A stretch of DNA of 64,000 nucleotides from an uncultured Alphaproteobacteria bacterium. GTDB lineage: Bacteria; Pseudomonadota; Alphaproteobacteria; Rhizobiales; Xanthobacteraceae. Below are positions 1 to 7,791 of this stretch, one piece after another (within the stretch, counting starts at the first letter, position 1; each line of letters opens with the position of its first letter). The DNA is taken from the NCBI GenBank assembly GCA_963703875.1, contig CAVPFZ010000016.1:17145-81144 (forward strand), in the 5' to 3' direction. Under the pieces are notes generated by a model that saw only the letters and a list, made by a program, of their open reading frames with translations, was not told the DNA's origin and did no database searches. The position numbers and the translations under genes are program-made.

Positions 1-39
1 AGTCACTCCAATCACAGCAGCGAATAAGCGCATAGACAT
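1..39 (-). CDS. 5' end of a probable secreted protein running off the left edge (MSMRLFAAVIGVT...)
   Basis: Minus-strand ATG at 39 preceded by GGAGAG; signal-peptide-like start; only 13 codons visible. Confidence 0.35.
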   Translation of the reverse strand, partial: MSMRLFAAVIGVT

Positions 40-284
40 TAGTCTCTCCATTGCCATAGTTGGAATTTTTCAGATGAAATCCGAGCCGATGAGACGATCT
101 CAGTTTTCTGGTCGCACGGAGATCAGATGCGAGTGGCAAGAGTGTCAGAAGGAAGCGTTACTTTGAGGCGATTGAAAAACTTGTTCATTCGCCATCGATA
201 ACGCCGGTAGAAAAGCTAGTATACGACAATTTTCGGCAACAGCTCTAAACATGTGTGGGTTCTCGCCGTGGAGGAGAATATCCT

Positions 285-313
285 TTGACATCAGAGTGCC
301 TGCAACCTAGCCT
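285..313 (+). promoter_or_regulatory. Sigma70-type promoter of graspetide precursor A
   Basis: TTGACA (285-290), 17 nt, TAGCCT (308-313); AGGGAG RBS at 351-356 before ATG 364. Confidence 0.6.
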
Positions 314-363
314 TTTATGTGCAATCGGTTTGGTTGTGCTGAGCGATTTGAGGGAGAAAGCGC

Positions 364-678
364 ATGAAGAATACAATTGGAATGTGCCGTTTAGTCATCC
401 GGCGTATTTTGGGCATTATCGGAGTGGCCGCAGCCGGTACCGGGTTGGTATCGATCGCAAGTAGCCAAGTTTTTGCGCATCAGTTTCTCCAAGAAATGGC
501 ACCAGGACCAAATCTTGGAATGGTGTACAGCTCGGAGCTGCAACTCATGGTCAAGCCTGGGACCACCGATCCGGTATATGGCAAAGCGTCACCGGGTTCG
601 CTCAAGGTGGCGGGGACCAATGCCGTGACGCAAGGGTCCGGACCTAACGGCCAAGGCCCGCACCACGACGACGACTGA
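364..678 (+). CDS. Graspetide precursor peptide A (104 aa) with signal-peptide-like N-terminus
   Basis: Directly upstream of ATP-grasp ligase; FAHQFL and YSSELQ leader-like motifs; C-terminal core GTNAVTQGSGPNGQGPHHDDD with Thr/Ser donors and terminal Asp acceptors; good RBS. Confidence 0.85.
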   Translation: MKNTIGMCRLVIRRILGIIGVAAAGTGLVSIASSQVFAHQFLQEMAPGPNLGMVYSSELQLMVKPGTTDPVYGKASPGSLKVAGTNAVTQGSGPNGQGPHHDDD

Positions 679-704
679 CGCTAACGTCGAAATCAATTGC
701 GGCG

Positions 705-751
705 ACGCCGGTTCGGAACCGGCGTGCGTCGCGACAATATAGTCGCGACGC
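705..751 (+). promoter_or_regulatory. Two tandem perfect hairpins between precursor A and ligase
   Basis: ACGCCGGTT-cgg-AACCGGCGT (705-725) then GCGTCGCGAC-aatata-GTCGCGACGC (726-751); no U-tract. Confidence 0.6.
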
Positions 752-766
752 CAAGGTGCGCTGCGT

Positions 767-1723
767 ATGAAGACAATTCTGCTCATCACTGAACAATTTG
801 ATCCGACCGCAGATAACTTAATTCAAGTTTTGCGGCAGCGCGGCTGCCCAGTGCTGCGATGGAATCTCGACCGATATCCGCAGGACTCGACGCTGACCTA
901 TCGCGTCACGGCGCATGAGTTCGGTGGCTCAATTGCCACCGAAGGCCGGCTCGTGCCCTTCGACCTCATTGGCAGCGTCTGGTACCGCGCCTCGCGTTGC
1001 CGTGGTTTTCCAGCCGGCCTTAATTCCGAAGAACTCGCGTTCGCCGCACGCGAGGCCGAAAGCGCGCTGAACTCCCTACCGCTGGTCACCGATTGGCGTT
1101 GGCTCAATGAACCGCGGCGCCATCGCGACGCAACGTGGAAGCCAGCGCAGCTTGCTATAGCGCGCCGACTGGGGCTGGCCATCCCGCGCACGGTCATCAC
1201 CAATGATCCGGCCGTGGTCACGGCTTTCCGCGAAGAATGTGGCGGCACGATCATCTTTAAATCGCTGTCGCAGACGTTGGGTCTCGAGCCAGGCAAAGCG
1301 GCCTTCACCGCCGTCGTAACGGACGAGGTGTTATCGTCACTAAGCCTTATCCGGCATACACCCGGAATATTCCAGGAGCTCGTTCCCAAGAATTTCGAAG
1401 TTCGGCTTACCGTTGTAGCGGACAAAATGTTCGCGGCGAAAATTATGTCGCAGCAAAATGAACTTACAAAGATCGACTGGCGAATTGCACCCCACGACGT
1501 AAAATACGAACCAGTTGAGTTACCAGCCGATATTCGCGACAAGGTTCGCGCCTTCATGGCCGAAACCGGACTGACCTACAGCTGCATTGATTTCATCGTC
1601 ACGCCCGAAGGCCGTCACATCTTCCTAGAAAGCAACCCACGCGGTCAGTATCTTTGGATTGAGCATTACACCGGTATGAAAATCACCGATGCGATCGCCG
1701 ACGCACTTATGGCGAAGTTATAG
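767..1723 (+). CDS. MvdC/MvdD-family ATP-grasp RiPP ligase 1
   Basis: N-terminal LLITEQFDPTAD, WLNEP..KPAQLAIARRLGLAIPRTVITN, IIFKSL, IFQELVPK.FEVR, IDWR, IDFIVTPEG..FLESNPRGQYLW. Confidence 0.92.
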   Translation: MKTILLITEQFDPTADNLIQVLRQRGCPVLRWNLDRYPQDSTLTYRVTAHEFGGSIATEGRLVPFDLIGSVWYRASRCRGFPAGLNSEELAFAAREAESALNSLPLVTDWRWLNEPRRHRDATWKPAQLAIARRLGLAIPRTVITNDPAVVTAFREECGGTIIFKSLSQTLGLEPGKAAFTAVVTDEVLSSLSLIRHTPGIFQELVPKNFEVRLTVVADKMFAAKIMSQQNELTKIDWRIAPHDVKYEPVELPADIRDKVRAFMAETGLTYSCIDFIVTPEGRHIFLESNPRGQYLWIEHYTGMKITDAIADALMAKL

Positions 1724-1775
1724 TCGGGTTTCGCGCTATGTTAGCGAACCCTGCTGACCAGCACTCGATGGCCCC

Positions 1776-2822
1776 TTGACCATAGATAACCACAGAAAAA
1801 ATGCTAGTCGCGGGTACGGGAGAACCGCCGCCGGGCTGAATCCAATAGCAATCGCCGCCGCGCCTTCGGGAGACTTTATCTACGTTGCAAATTGGGGTGC
1901 GCACGATATTTCCGCATACCGGATAGATCGCACCTCAGGCGCGCTTATGCCCATCGCGCGCTCACCTTTCAGAACCGGGCGGTGGCCGCATTCTCTCGCA
2001 ATCGCGCCTTCCGGCCGATTTTTATATTCGGCCAACGGCGACTCTAATGATGTATCGGCGTTCAGTATCGATCAAACAACGGGATCGCTTGAGCAGATGA
2101 AGGGCTCTCCCTACCCGGCGGGCAACCATCCAGAGTCCGTTACCATTTCTCCCTCTGGTGAATTTGCTTACGTATGTAACGGATTCGGCGGTAATATCTC
2201 TGGGTATCAAATCGACAGCTTAGGCGGCGGCTTGCGCGAGCTTCCCGGTTCGCCATTTCAATCGGGCGAAAAACCTTTGGCGCTGGCGGTCGAACCATCG
2301 GGCCGTTTTGCCTATGTTGCCAACCGCCGATCAGATATCTGGGCCTATCGGATTGACGCTGGAATTCTTCGGCCTGCCCCAGGATCTCCCTATCCAGCCG
2401 GGAAGGGGCCAACTGCAATCGCAATCCATCCGTCGGGGCAATTCATCTATTTTGCCAATTTCAAGTCCGACGACGTCGGCGCCTACCAAATCGACCGTAA
2501 CAGCGGCGCGCTCACGCCGTTGCCCGCCGCCCCTTATCGCAGTGAGGGCAAGGTGCCCATCGGCATCGCGGTCGATCCGAAGGGTGAATTCTTGTTCGTT
2601 GCCAATGGAGAATCCGACGGCATCGCGGTTTGCCGGCTTGCTCCCTCGACAGGCGTGCCCGTTGCAGTCGCAGGGAGTCCATTTCAGAGTGGCCGTATGC
2701 CGTGCGGCATAATAGCGGACCCGGGGGGCCGATTTCTGTACGCGACGAACTGGATTTCCAATGATGTGTCGTGCTGGCGGATTGAGCGATCAATAAGCGT
2801 ATTGATACCGGCGGGAAATTGA
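1776..2822 (+). CDS. Seven-bladed beta-propeller, lactonase (6-phosphogluconolactonase/YVTN-like) family
   Basis: Seven repeats of G-x-x-P-x-x-(I/L/V)-x-(I/V/A)-x-P-x-G-x-F-x-(Y/F)-x-x-N, linked by GSPY/FPAG; start codon uncertain (TTG). Confidence 0.8.
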   Translation: MTIDNHRKNASRGYGRTAAGLNPIAIAAAPSGDFIYVANWGAHDISAYRIDRTSGALMPIARSPFRTGRWPHSLAIAPSGRFLYSANGDSNDVSAFSIDQTTGSLEQMKGSPYPAGNHPESVTISPSGEFAYVCNGFGGNISGYQIDSLGGGLRELPGSPFQSGEKPLALAVEPSGRFAYVANRRSDIWAYRIDAGILRPAPGSPYPAGKGPTAIAIHPSGQFIYFANFKSDDVGAYQIDRNSGALTPLPAAPYRSEGKVPIGIAVDPKGEFLFVANGESDGIAVCRLAPSTGVPVAVAGSPFQSGRMPCGIIADPGGRFLYATNWISNDVSCWRIERSISVLIPAGN

Positions 2823-2866
2823 TCATCACCGGACAAGGCAAGCCGCGCGTCCCAAATGGTTCGGAT

Positions 2867-3829
2867 CTACCACCGCGGTTGCGGGCAACTCACGCACGGT
2901 GTGTTTGGGTTAATTTCGTAAACAATTTTCGCCATCAGACCTTCGGTCGAATCGGGATCCAGCCAGCCCCATTCACCGTTGTAGTTGGCCTCAAGAAACG
3001 TGTAGCGGTCGTCCTTGCGTAGAAAGTCGATCCTGGCAAAATGTTGACCCACTTCAGACATAAATCTGAAAATCCCAACTTCTAGTTCCTGGGGGATGCT
3101 GGCGCGCTTCCAGCCCCGATGTGAATAGACGAATGGTGCTCGACGCCAGTCGATCGTTTTGTCGACAAAACTTGTGCGATCGAGCTCGAATGCAAACAGT
3201 TGATCGCGGACCACCGCAACCGTGACATCATGTGTGGCATCTATGAAATCAGTGAGAAACCATGGTTGCGCCGGGTCAAGGTCCCCCTCATCTACTTTCG
3301 AACTATAAAATCCGACGCCATCGGCGTATTTGAAATTGAAGCTTTTGCAAACCGAAATGGTTCCGGGGCGCAAACGGTCGCCCCGATTGAGGACGAAACT
3401 GTAAGGCGTGATTTCGAAATATTTTGGTGCGACTCGCAGTTGCTGTAGCTTTCCCGACCGCAAGGTGCCAAGCGGTTGGCTCAGGACGATTTTTCCCTGG
3501 TGCCAGAAGATATTGAAAAGATCGGCCCATGCAGCATAAACCTCTTCTTCAGCGTAACGCTCGAGGTCGGTCATTTTCGTTTGCGGAAATATCACGGAGC
3601 CGCGCATCGACGAACGTCGATAAACCTTCGCGATGTCGGAATCGGTGACTTTGCGGCCGGTCGGGTCGGAAATCTCTATTCCCGCCGATGAAAAGTAAAA
3701 TGCGTAGTCACGCCACAGATCGGTGTTGTAGCGAAACAATCGATCACTGCCTAATTGGGCTACCAGCAAATCCGCAAGATAGTCGATCGAGTTCGTAATC
3801 AACAAAGTGACTTGCGGCATTGGCGTCAT
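2867..3829 (-). CDS. Divergent ATP-grasp RiPP ligase 2
   Basis: LLITNSIDYLAD, KLQQL, VCKS, IDWRR, IDFLRKDDRYTFLEANYNGEWGWLD; adjacent to precursor B. Confidence 0.85.
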   Translation of the reverse strand: MTPMPQVTLLITNSIDYLADLLVAQLGSDRLFRYNTDLWRDYAFYFSSAGIEISDPTGRKVTDSDIAKVYRRSSMRGSVIFPQTKMTDLERYAEEEVYAAWADLFNIFWHQGKIVLSQPLGTLRSGKLQQLRVAPKYFEITPYSFVLNRGDRLRPGTISVCKSFNFKYADGVGFYSSKVDEGDLDPAQPWFLTDFIDATHDVTVAVVRDQLFAFELDRTSFVDKTIDWRRAPFVYSHRGWKRASIPQELEVGIFRFMSEVGQHFARIDFLRKDDRYTFLEANYNGEWGWLDPDSTEGLMAKIVYEINPNTPCVSCPQPRW

Positions 3830-3851
3830 TAATTTTTTGTCCGTCTATCGT

Positions 3852-3896
3852 CTGACAAAAACAAACTTCCCGCCACGGCAGGGCCGAAGCGGGAAG
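3852..3896 (-). terminator. Intrinsic terminator between precursor B and ligase 2
   Basis: CTTCCCGC...GCGGGAAG stem (3866-3896) with inner CGGC/GCCG pairs, followed on minus strand by TTTGTTTTTG. Confidence 0.65.
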
Positions 3897-3936
3897 CGGT
3901 TGAACTCAGATCGCAAAAACCAAACAAAGACCGAGA

Positions 3937-4167
3937 CTACTCGTCCTTTTCTCCATCGAAGCCCGTGCTGCTGGTCGGCGCACCGGTCGTCATCATCAGC
4001 TGACGAATTTTCTCGCTCTCAGTCCAGCGGCGGGTCTGCGTGACGTAGTCATACGAGCAATTCGGCATTTCTGAGCGCCACAAGAAAGTTTCCTCCGGCT
4101 TCGCGTTGATGAGGTCAGCCGGTGTCAACTTCGCCTTTGCGCCAGTTTGAATTTGGATGTGGCTCAT
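3937..4167 (-). CDS. Graspetide precursor peptide B (76 aa)
   Basis: RBS GAGGGG; TFLWR..EMP..YDYVTQ leader-like motif; core TTGAPTSSTGFDGEKDE; upstream of ligase 2. Confidence 0.85.
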   Translation of the reverse strand: MSHIQIQTGAKAKLTPADLINAKPEETFLWRSEMPNCSYDYVTQTRRWTESEKIRQLMMTTGAPTSSTGFDGEKDE

Positions 4168-4207
4168 AAATATGGTCCCCTCTTCCCAGAATATGAATTA
4201 GTACACC

Positions 4208-4237
4208 AAGCTAGCTCTGGAGTTCCCTCCCTGTCAA
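4208..4237 (-). promoter_or_regulatory. Sigma70-type promoter of precursor B
   Basis: Minus strand TTGACA (4237-4232), 18 nt, TAGCTT (4213-4208). Confidence 0.5.
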
Positions 4238-4322
4238 GGCAACCCGATTGCTTAAGCCTGGGAAAACTCTAGTATTATGAGCGGCTTAGGGTGATTTACG
4301 TGAAGAGCCAACGGCGCGACTG

Positions 4323-6101
4323 TTGAAAATCCAACACTGGCCGAGTGCCTTCCGGTCAAAAGCGAGTTTGCAAATGGACGGCATTCACCTGAGCAGGTGG
4401 TGTCTGCGACAGATTTTGCCGGCCTTGATCATGGGCTCGATCCTTTTGCTATTGGCGACGGCGGCGAATGTATCGGCGGCCCTCCTGTTTCAACCACTAT
4501 TCGACAGGGGCGTTCTCGGCGAAAAGGGCTCGATACTGATTTCGGTTATTGGTTTGCAGATTGGGCTTTTTCTCGCACGTGGGATATTGGCTGGCTTCGC
4601 ATTCGATCTTTTCGCGCGGGCAAGTGCGCGAATTGGCCAAAATCTTACCCTGAAACTTTTCGATCACCTCCAGATCCATTCATTGTCTTATTTCCTCGAT
4701 CATCCGCAGGCGCGCCTGCTCCAGTTGCTTCGTAACGATGTAGTGGTGCTCGAAGTGAACCTTGGACAAACACTGGGCCAAGGAATCATAGCCACATTGC
4801 AAACAGCGCTGACGTTGGTCGTGATCGTGATGTGGGAGCCGCGGCTTGCGCTCCTTTGCGTCGTCGGCCTTGGCGTCGGCGCGGCGCTCATTTGGCTTGC
4901 ATCCCGCCTTACGAATCGGGCGCTCGCAAACGAAATTGGGGCCAATGAACTTGTTGCAGAGCATCTACTGCTGATGCTCAGCCTGCGCGGATTTTTTCTT
5001 CGCGCCAGTGCATCGCCTGGTTGGGGACGGACGCGCCTGCAGCAATTGTTGGCGCGCTATCGCAATCTGCTCGTCCGCCGACGCGTGCTGCCGAATTGGG
5101 TGATGGTCGCGGGCGAAGGCGTCAGCACCGCCACCTATTTCTGTTTCTATCTTACAGGGATCTATCTCGTCGCCGGTGGCGGCACGACGATAGGCTCGTT
5201 AATCGCAATGGCCGCGCTCGTGAGTTTTCTCATCGGATCCATGAATCAGCTCGCGCCGACCTATGTTGGACTAGGTGACGCCTGGCTACGTCTCGGCCGC
5301 ATGGAAAAAGAACTATCAACAGCTCCATCGCGGCGCGAAATCGCGGGCGCTCTGGACCCACAGACACTACACGGCGCGTTCGCACTGGAGCACGTTACCG
5401 TCCGTTATCGCGACGCGGTTGCCCTGAACGACGTATCGGTCGCTATCCACCCGGGTAGAATTACCGCCGTTATCGGAAGCAGTGGTGCGGGAAAAACCAC
5501 GCTGACGCTGCTTCTGCTCGGGCTGATAGAGCCAGAGGCCGGCTTAGTAACTGTCGACGGGGTTGCGGTCGAGAAATATCGGCGCGGAGCATTGTGGCGC
5601 CATATTGGATATGTGCCGCAAGAACCCGTCTTGTTCCGCGGTTCATCGCGGGAAAACATTATGGTCGGAAGACCGATTTCGGATTCAGAGATTATTACCG
5701 CCAGCACCAAGGTCGGTACTCATGATCGGCTTGCTGCGGCGGCGGGCGGATACGACGCCGATCTCGGCGAGAATGGCTTTCGCCTTTCGGGCGGCGAGCG
5801 ACAGCGCATCAGTTTCGCGCGTGTGTTGGCCGGCCGACCAGCCGTGTTAGTCCTCGACGAGCCGACCGCCAATCTCGACGCCTTAACGGAGGCCTTAATT
5901 CGTAAGACGGTTATTGATCAACGCGACGCCGGTCGAACGATCATCGTCGTTTCGCATAACCCGGAAATGGTGGCCATCGCTGATGATGTAATCTGGCTTG
6001 ATAAGGGAAGCCTCGTCTGCAGCGGGTCAACACAAGACCCCAAAATACAAGCGCGGCTGGTTGACCGATATTTCACTCAAAGAGACGTGCGCCCTTGTTG
6101 A
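4323..6101 (+). CDS. ABC exporter, fused TMD-NBD, no peptidase domain
   Basis: Hydrophobic TMD, Walker A GSSGAGKT, LSGGERQR signature, Walker B VLVLDEPT, VSH; start may be ATG 4374. Confidence 0.92.
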   Translation: MKIQHWPSAFRSKASLQMDGIHLSRWCLRQILPALIMGSILLLLATAANVSAALLFQPLFDRGVLGEKGSILISVIGLQIGLFLARGILAGFAFDLFARASARIGQNLTLKLFDHLQIHSLSYFLDHPQARLLQLLRNDVVVLEVNLGQTLGQGIIATLQTALTLVVIVMWEPRLALLCVVGLGVGAALIWLASRLTNRALANEIGANELVAEHLLLMLSLRGFFLRASASPGWGRTRLQQLLARYRNLLVRRRVLPNWVMVAGEGVSTATYFCFYLTGIYLVAGGGTTIGSLIAMAALVSFLIGSMNQLAPTYVGLGDAWLRLGRMEKELSTAPSRREIAGALDPQTLHGAFALEHVTVRYRDAVALNDVSVAIHPGRITAVIGSSGAGKTTLTLLLLGLIEPEAGLVTVDGVAVEKYRRGALWRHIGYVPQEPVLFRGSSRENIMVGRPISDSEIITASTKVGTHDRLAAAAGGYDADLGENGFRLSGGERQRISFARVLAGRPAVLVLDEPTANLDALTEALIRKTVIDQRDAGRTIIVVSHNPEMVAIADDVIWLDKGSLVCSGSTQDPKIQARLVDRYFTQRDVRPC

Positions 6102-6113
6102 ATTCTATAAATC

Positions 6114-6144
6114 TCAAACGCAGCCGCGGTGGTAACCGCGCTGC
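6114..6144 (+). repeat. GC-rich hairpin element copy 1 (terminator-like, between convergent genes)
   Basis: TCAAACGCAGCCGCGGTGGTAACCGCGCTGC; 27/31 identical to reverse complement of 7720-7750. Confidence 0.6.
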
Positions 6145-6186
6145 CTCGCGATGTGGAAACAAAGTCCGATAGAGATTAGAAGGACA

Positions 6187-6834
6187 CTAGTTCTGGATCC
6201 CGTCACCTCGTAATAGTTTAAGTGTATCCGAGCTTATCGAGGTTTGACTTTTTCTATGAATTTCAACTCGCTGATCGGCAGACAGGAAATCGCTCTGCGG
6301 CAAGTGTCTGCTTTCCAAAAACCGTCTTATTGCCCTGCGCGTACTTGGCCCAAACTTGCCGTCTTTAGCGCCATTAAAAAAGCCAAATGCAGTCAGCCCC
6401 TGTTGAATATCGGCGCGTGCTTCGGGAGGGAGATTGGCTTCGGCCAATGCGTCACCTTGTAATAGAGCAAAAAATTCCGTTGCCCGTTGATGAATCGCGT
6501 CGAGAATGCATTCCCTATCGCTGGGCGCAAAGTCTATTTGATCTTTCTTTAATCCGCATTCCCTAGCCAATGCCTTAAACCATTTCCTCTGAGCTTGATC
6601 GAATACCTTTCTTTTATTTTCCGCTATCGAGAAATACCGCGCCCAAAATGCAGAAGTAAGGCCCCAGTCCGCTTCCGCTCCCTCTTGGTCATTGCAGAGG
6701 ATCCGTCGCACGCTATCTCTGGCATATTTACAATTGAAGGTCGGATTGGCGGAAAGTGGTTGGCTGTACGCCGAATATGTTATTATGGCCAATGTTGAGC
6801 CAACGAGTGCGATGAAAACATTTGCGCGCCTCAT
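6187..6834 (-). CDS. Secreted LprI-like (PxFxC) domain plus peptidoglycan-binding domain protein
   Basis: Signal peptide; PTFNC...ILC, QRKW...C...C; C-terminal IQQGLTAFGF..DGKFGPSTRRAIRRF. Confidence 0.75.
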   Translation of the reverse strand: MRRANVFIALVGSTLAIITYSAYSQPLSANPTFNCKYARDSVRRILCNDQEGAEADWGLTSAFWARYFSIAENKRKVFDQAQRKWFKALARECGLKKDQIDFAPSDRECILDAIHQRATEFFALLQGDALAEANLPPEARADIQQGLTAFGFFNGAKDGKFGPSTRRAIRRFLESRHLPQSDFLSADQRVEIHRKSQTSISSDTLKLLRGDGIQN

Positions 6835-6973
6835 GGTAACATGCCCCTAGGGTGTATTTCAAATACTCATAAAATATTTTCTTTACGGCGTCGCTTTCCA
6901 GAACGCGATGTCCGCTAAACATTCACGACAATTCTCCCTGTTGCCTGTTACCAACTTTCATCGGCCGCTGCAA

Positions 6974-7258
6974 TTATTTGCAGCTAACAGCAACACAGGC
7001 AGAGTTCGAGCTGTCCTGGCTTGGGCACGAAACGCAACGCATCTTGCCTGCGTCGTTCACGCATATGCCAAAATATGAGCCGTTAGGCTGCTTGTTCCAG
7101 TTGCAGGAATTGGCTGCCTGCGCGGCGGCCGTCAAAGACGCCGAAGCCCAAAGACACATGCCCAACGCAAGTAAATATTCTTTGAAGACATTCTTAGAGG
7201 TACAAGCTGCTGCGTGCATCGCTGTCTCCTCGGTGGTGGGTTGGAGTTCTGCACTCAC
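6974..7258 (-). CDS. Small secreted Cys-rich protein
   Basis: LALGMCLWASASLTAAAQAA signal; 6 Cys in ~43-aa mature part; true start may be internal. Confidence 0.6.
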   Translation of the reverse strand: MSAELQPTTEETAMHAAACTSKNVFKEYLLALGMCLWASASLTAAAQAANSCNWNKQPNGSYFGICVNDAGKMRCVSCPSQDSSNSACVAVSCK

Positions 7259-7266
7259 AATCAGTC

Positions 7267-7656
7267 CTAAAATTTTGTAGCTGGCGCATTACCAACAGTG
7301 CAGGCAAAATTGTGTATGCTGTTACTTTCAGTTACACCGCTCAAATAATGCCATTCATCGTGGATACTTAAATTCCCTGACGTTCGATTTAGATCATATA
7401 TTTGGACTGCTGTGCCGGGGTTAGATGGAGGGCATTCAGTCCCGCACACCAGGCTGTGCTCCCAATGCATCGAAGTTGCGTTGATTCTCGCTGGGTAGTT
7501 GTTAACGGACCTGTTCGTTAGATCAACGGTTAAGGTCTCAGCATCGGTATTGCTTGCGCTTGGGCATTTGAGAAATATCGTGTTTGCGAAGGCCGGGAAT
7601 GAAGCGGCCACTATCGCTATTGTAGCACAAAAAACTACGACCTTAATCTTGAGCAT
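7267..7656 (-). CDS. Secreted hypothetical protein (4 Cys in mature part)
   Basis: RBS GGAGGGG; signal peptide ending FPAFA. Confidence 0.7.
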   Translation of the reverse strand: MLKIKVVVFCATIAIVAASFPAFANTIFLKCPSASNTDAETLTVDLTNRSVNNYPARINATSMHWEHSLVCGTECPPSNPGTAVQIYDLNRTSGNLSIHDEWHYLSGVTESNSIHNFACTVGNAPATKF

Positions 7657-7710
7657 TGCACCCCTCCTTGCCTGGTAGTTCGTTCATTGAGAAAATTTCT
7701 CGGCCTTATG

Positions 7711-7750
7711 AGAAAAAGCGCAGCGCGGTTATCGCCGCGACTGCGCTTGA
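7711..7750 (-). terminator. Hairpin element copy 2, intrinsic terminator of 7792-8067
   Basis: AAGCGCAG-CGCGG...CCGCG-A-CTGCGCTT stem followed on minus strand by TTTTT. Confidence 0.65.
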
Positions 7751-7791
7751 GGCGTTGGTCAGACTAAGTCCGCTAGAAAGTTAGTAGGACG

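Noticed and set aside
255-464. 69-aa ORF overlapping precursor A
   Set aside because: Spans the promoter and RBS of the precursor, has no RBS or motif
1776-2822. Periodic DNA similarity as CRISPR or tandem repeat
   Set aside because: Explained by propeller blade coding; no spacer-repeat array or cas genes seen anywhere in the window
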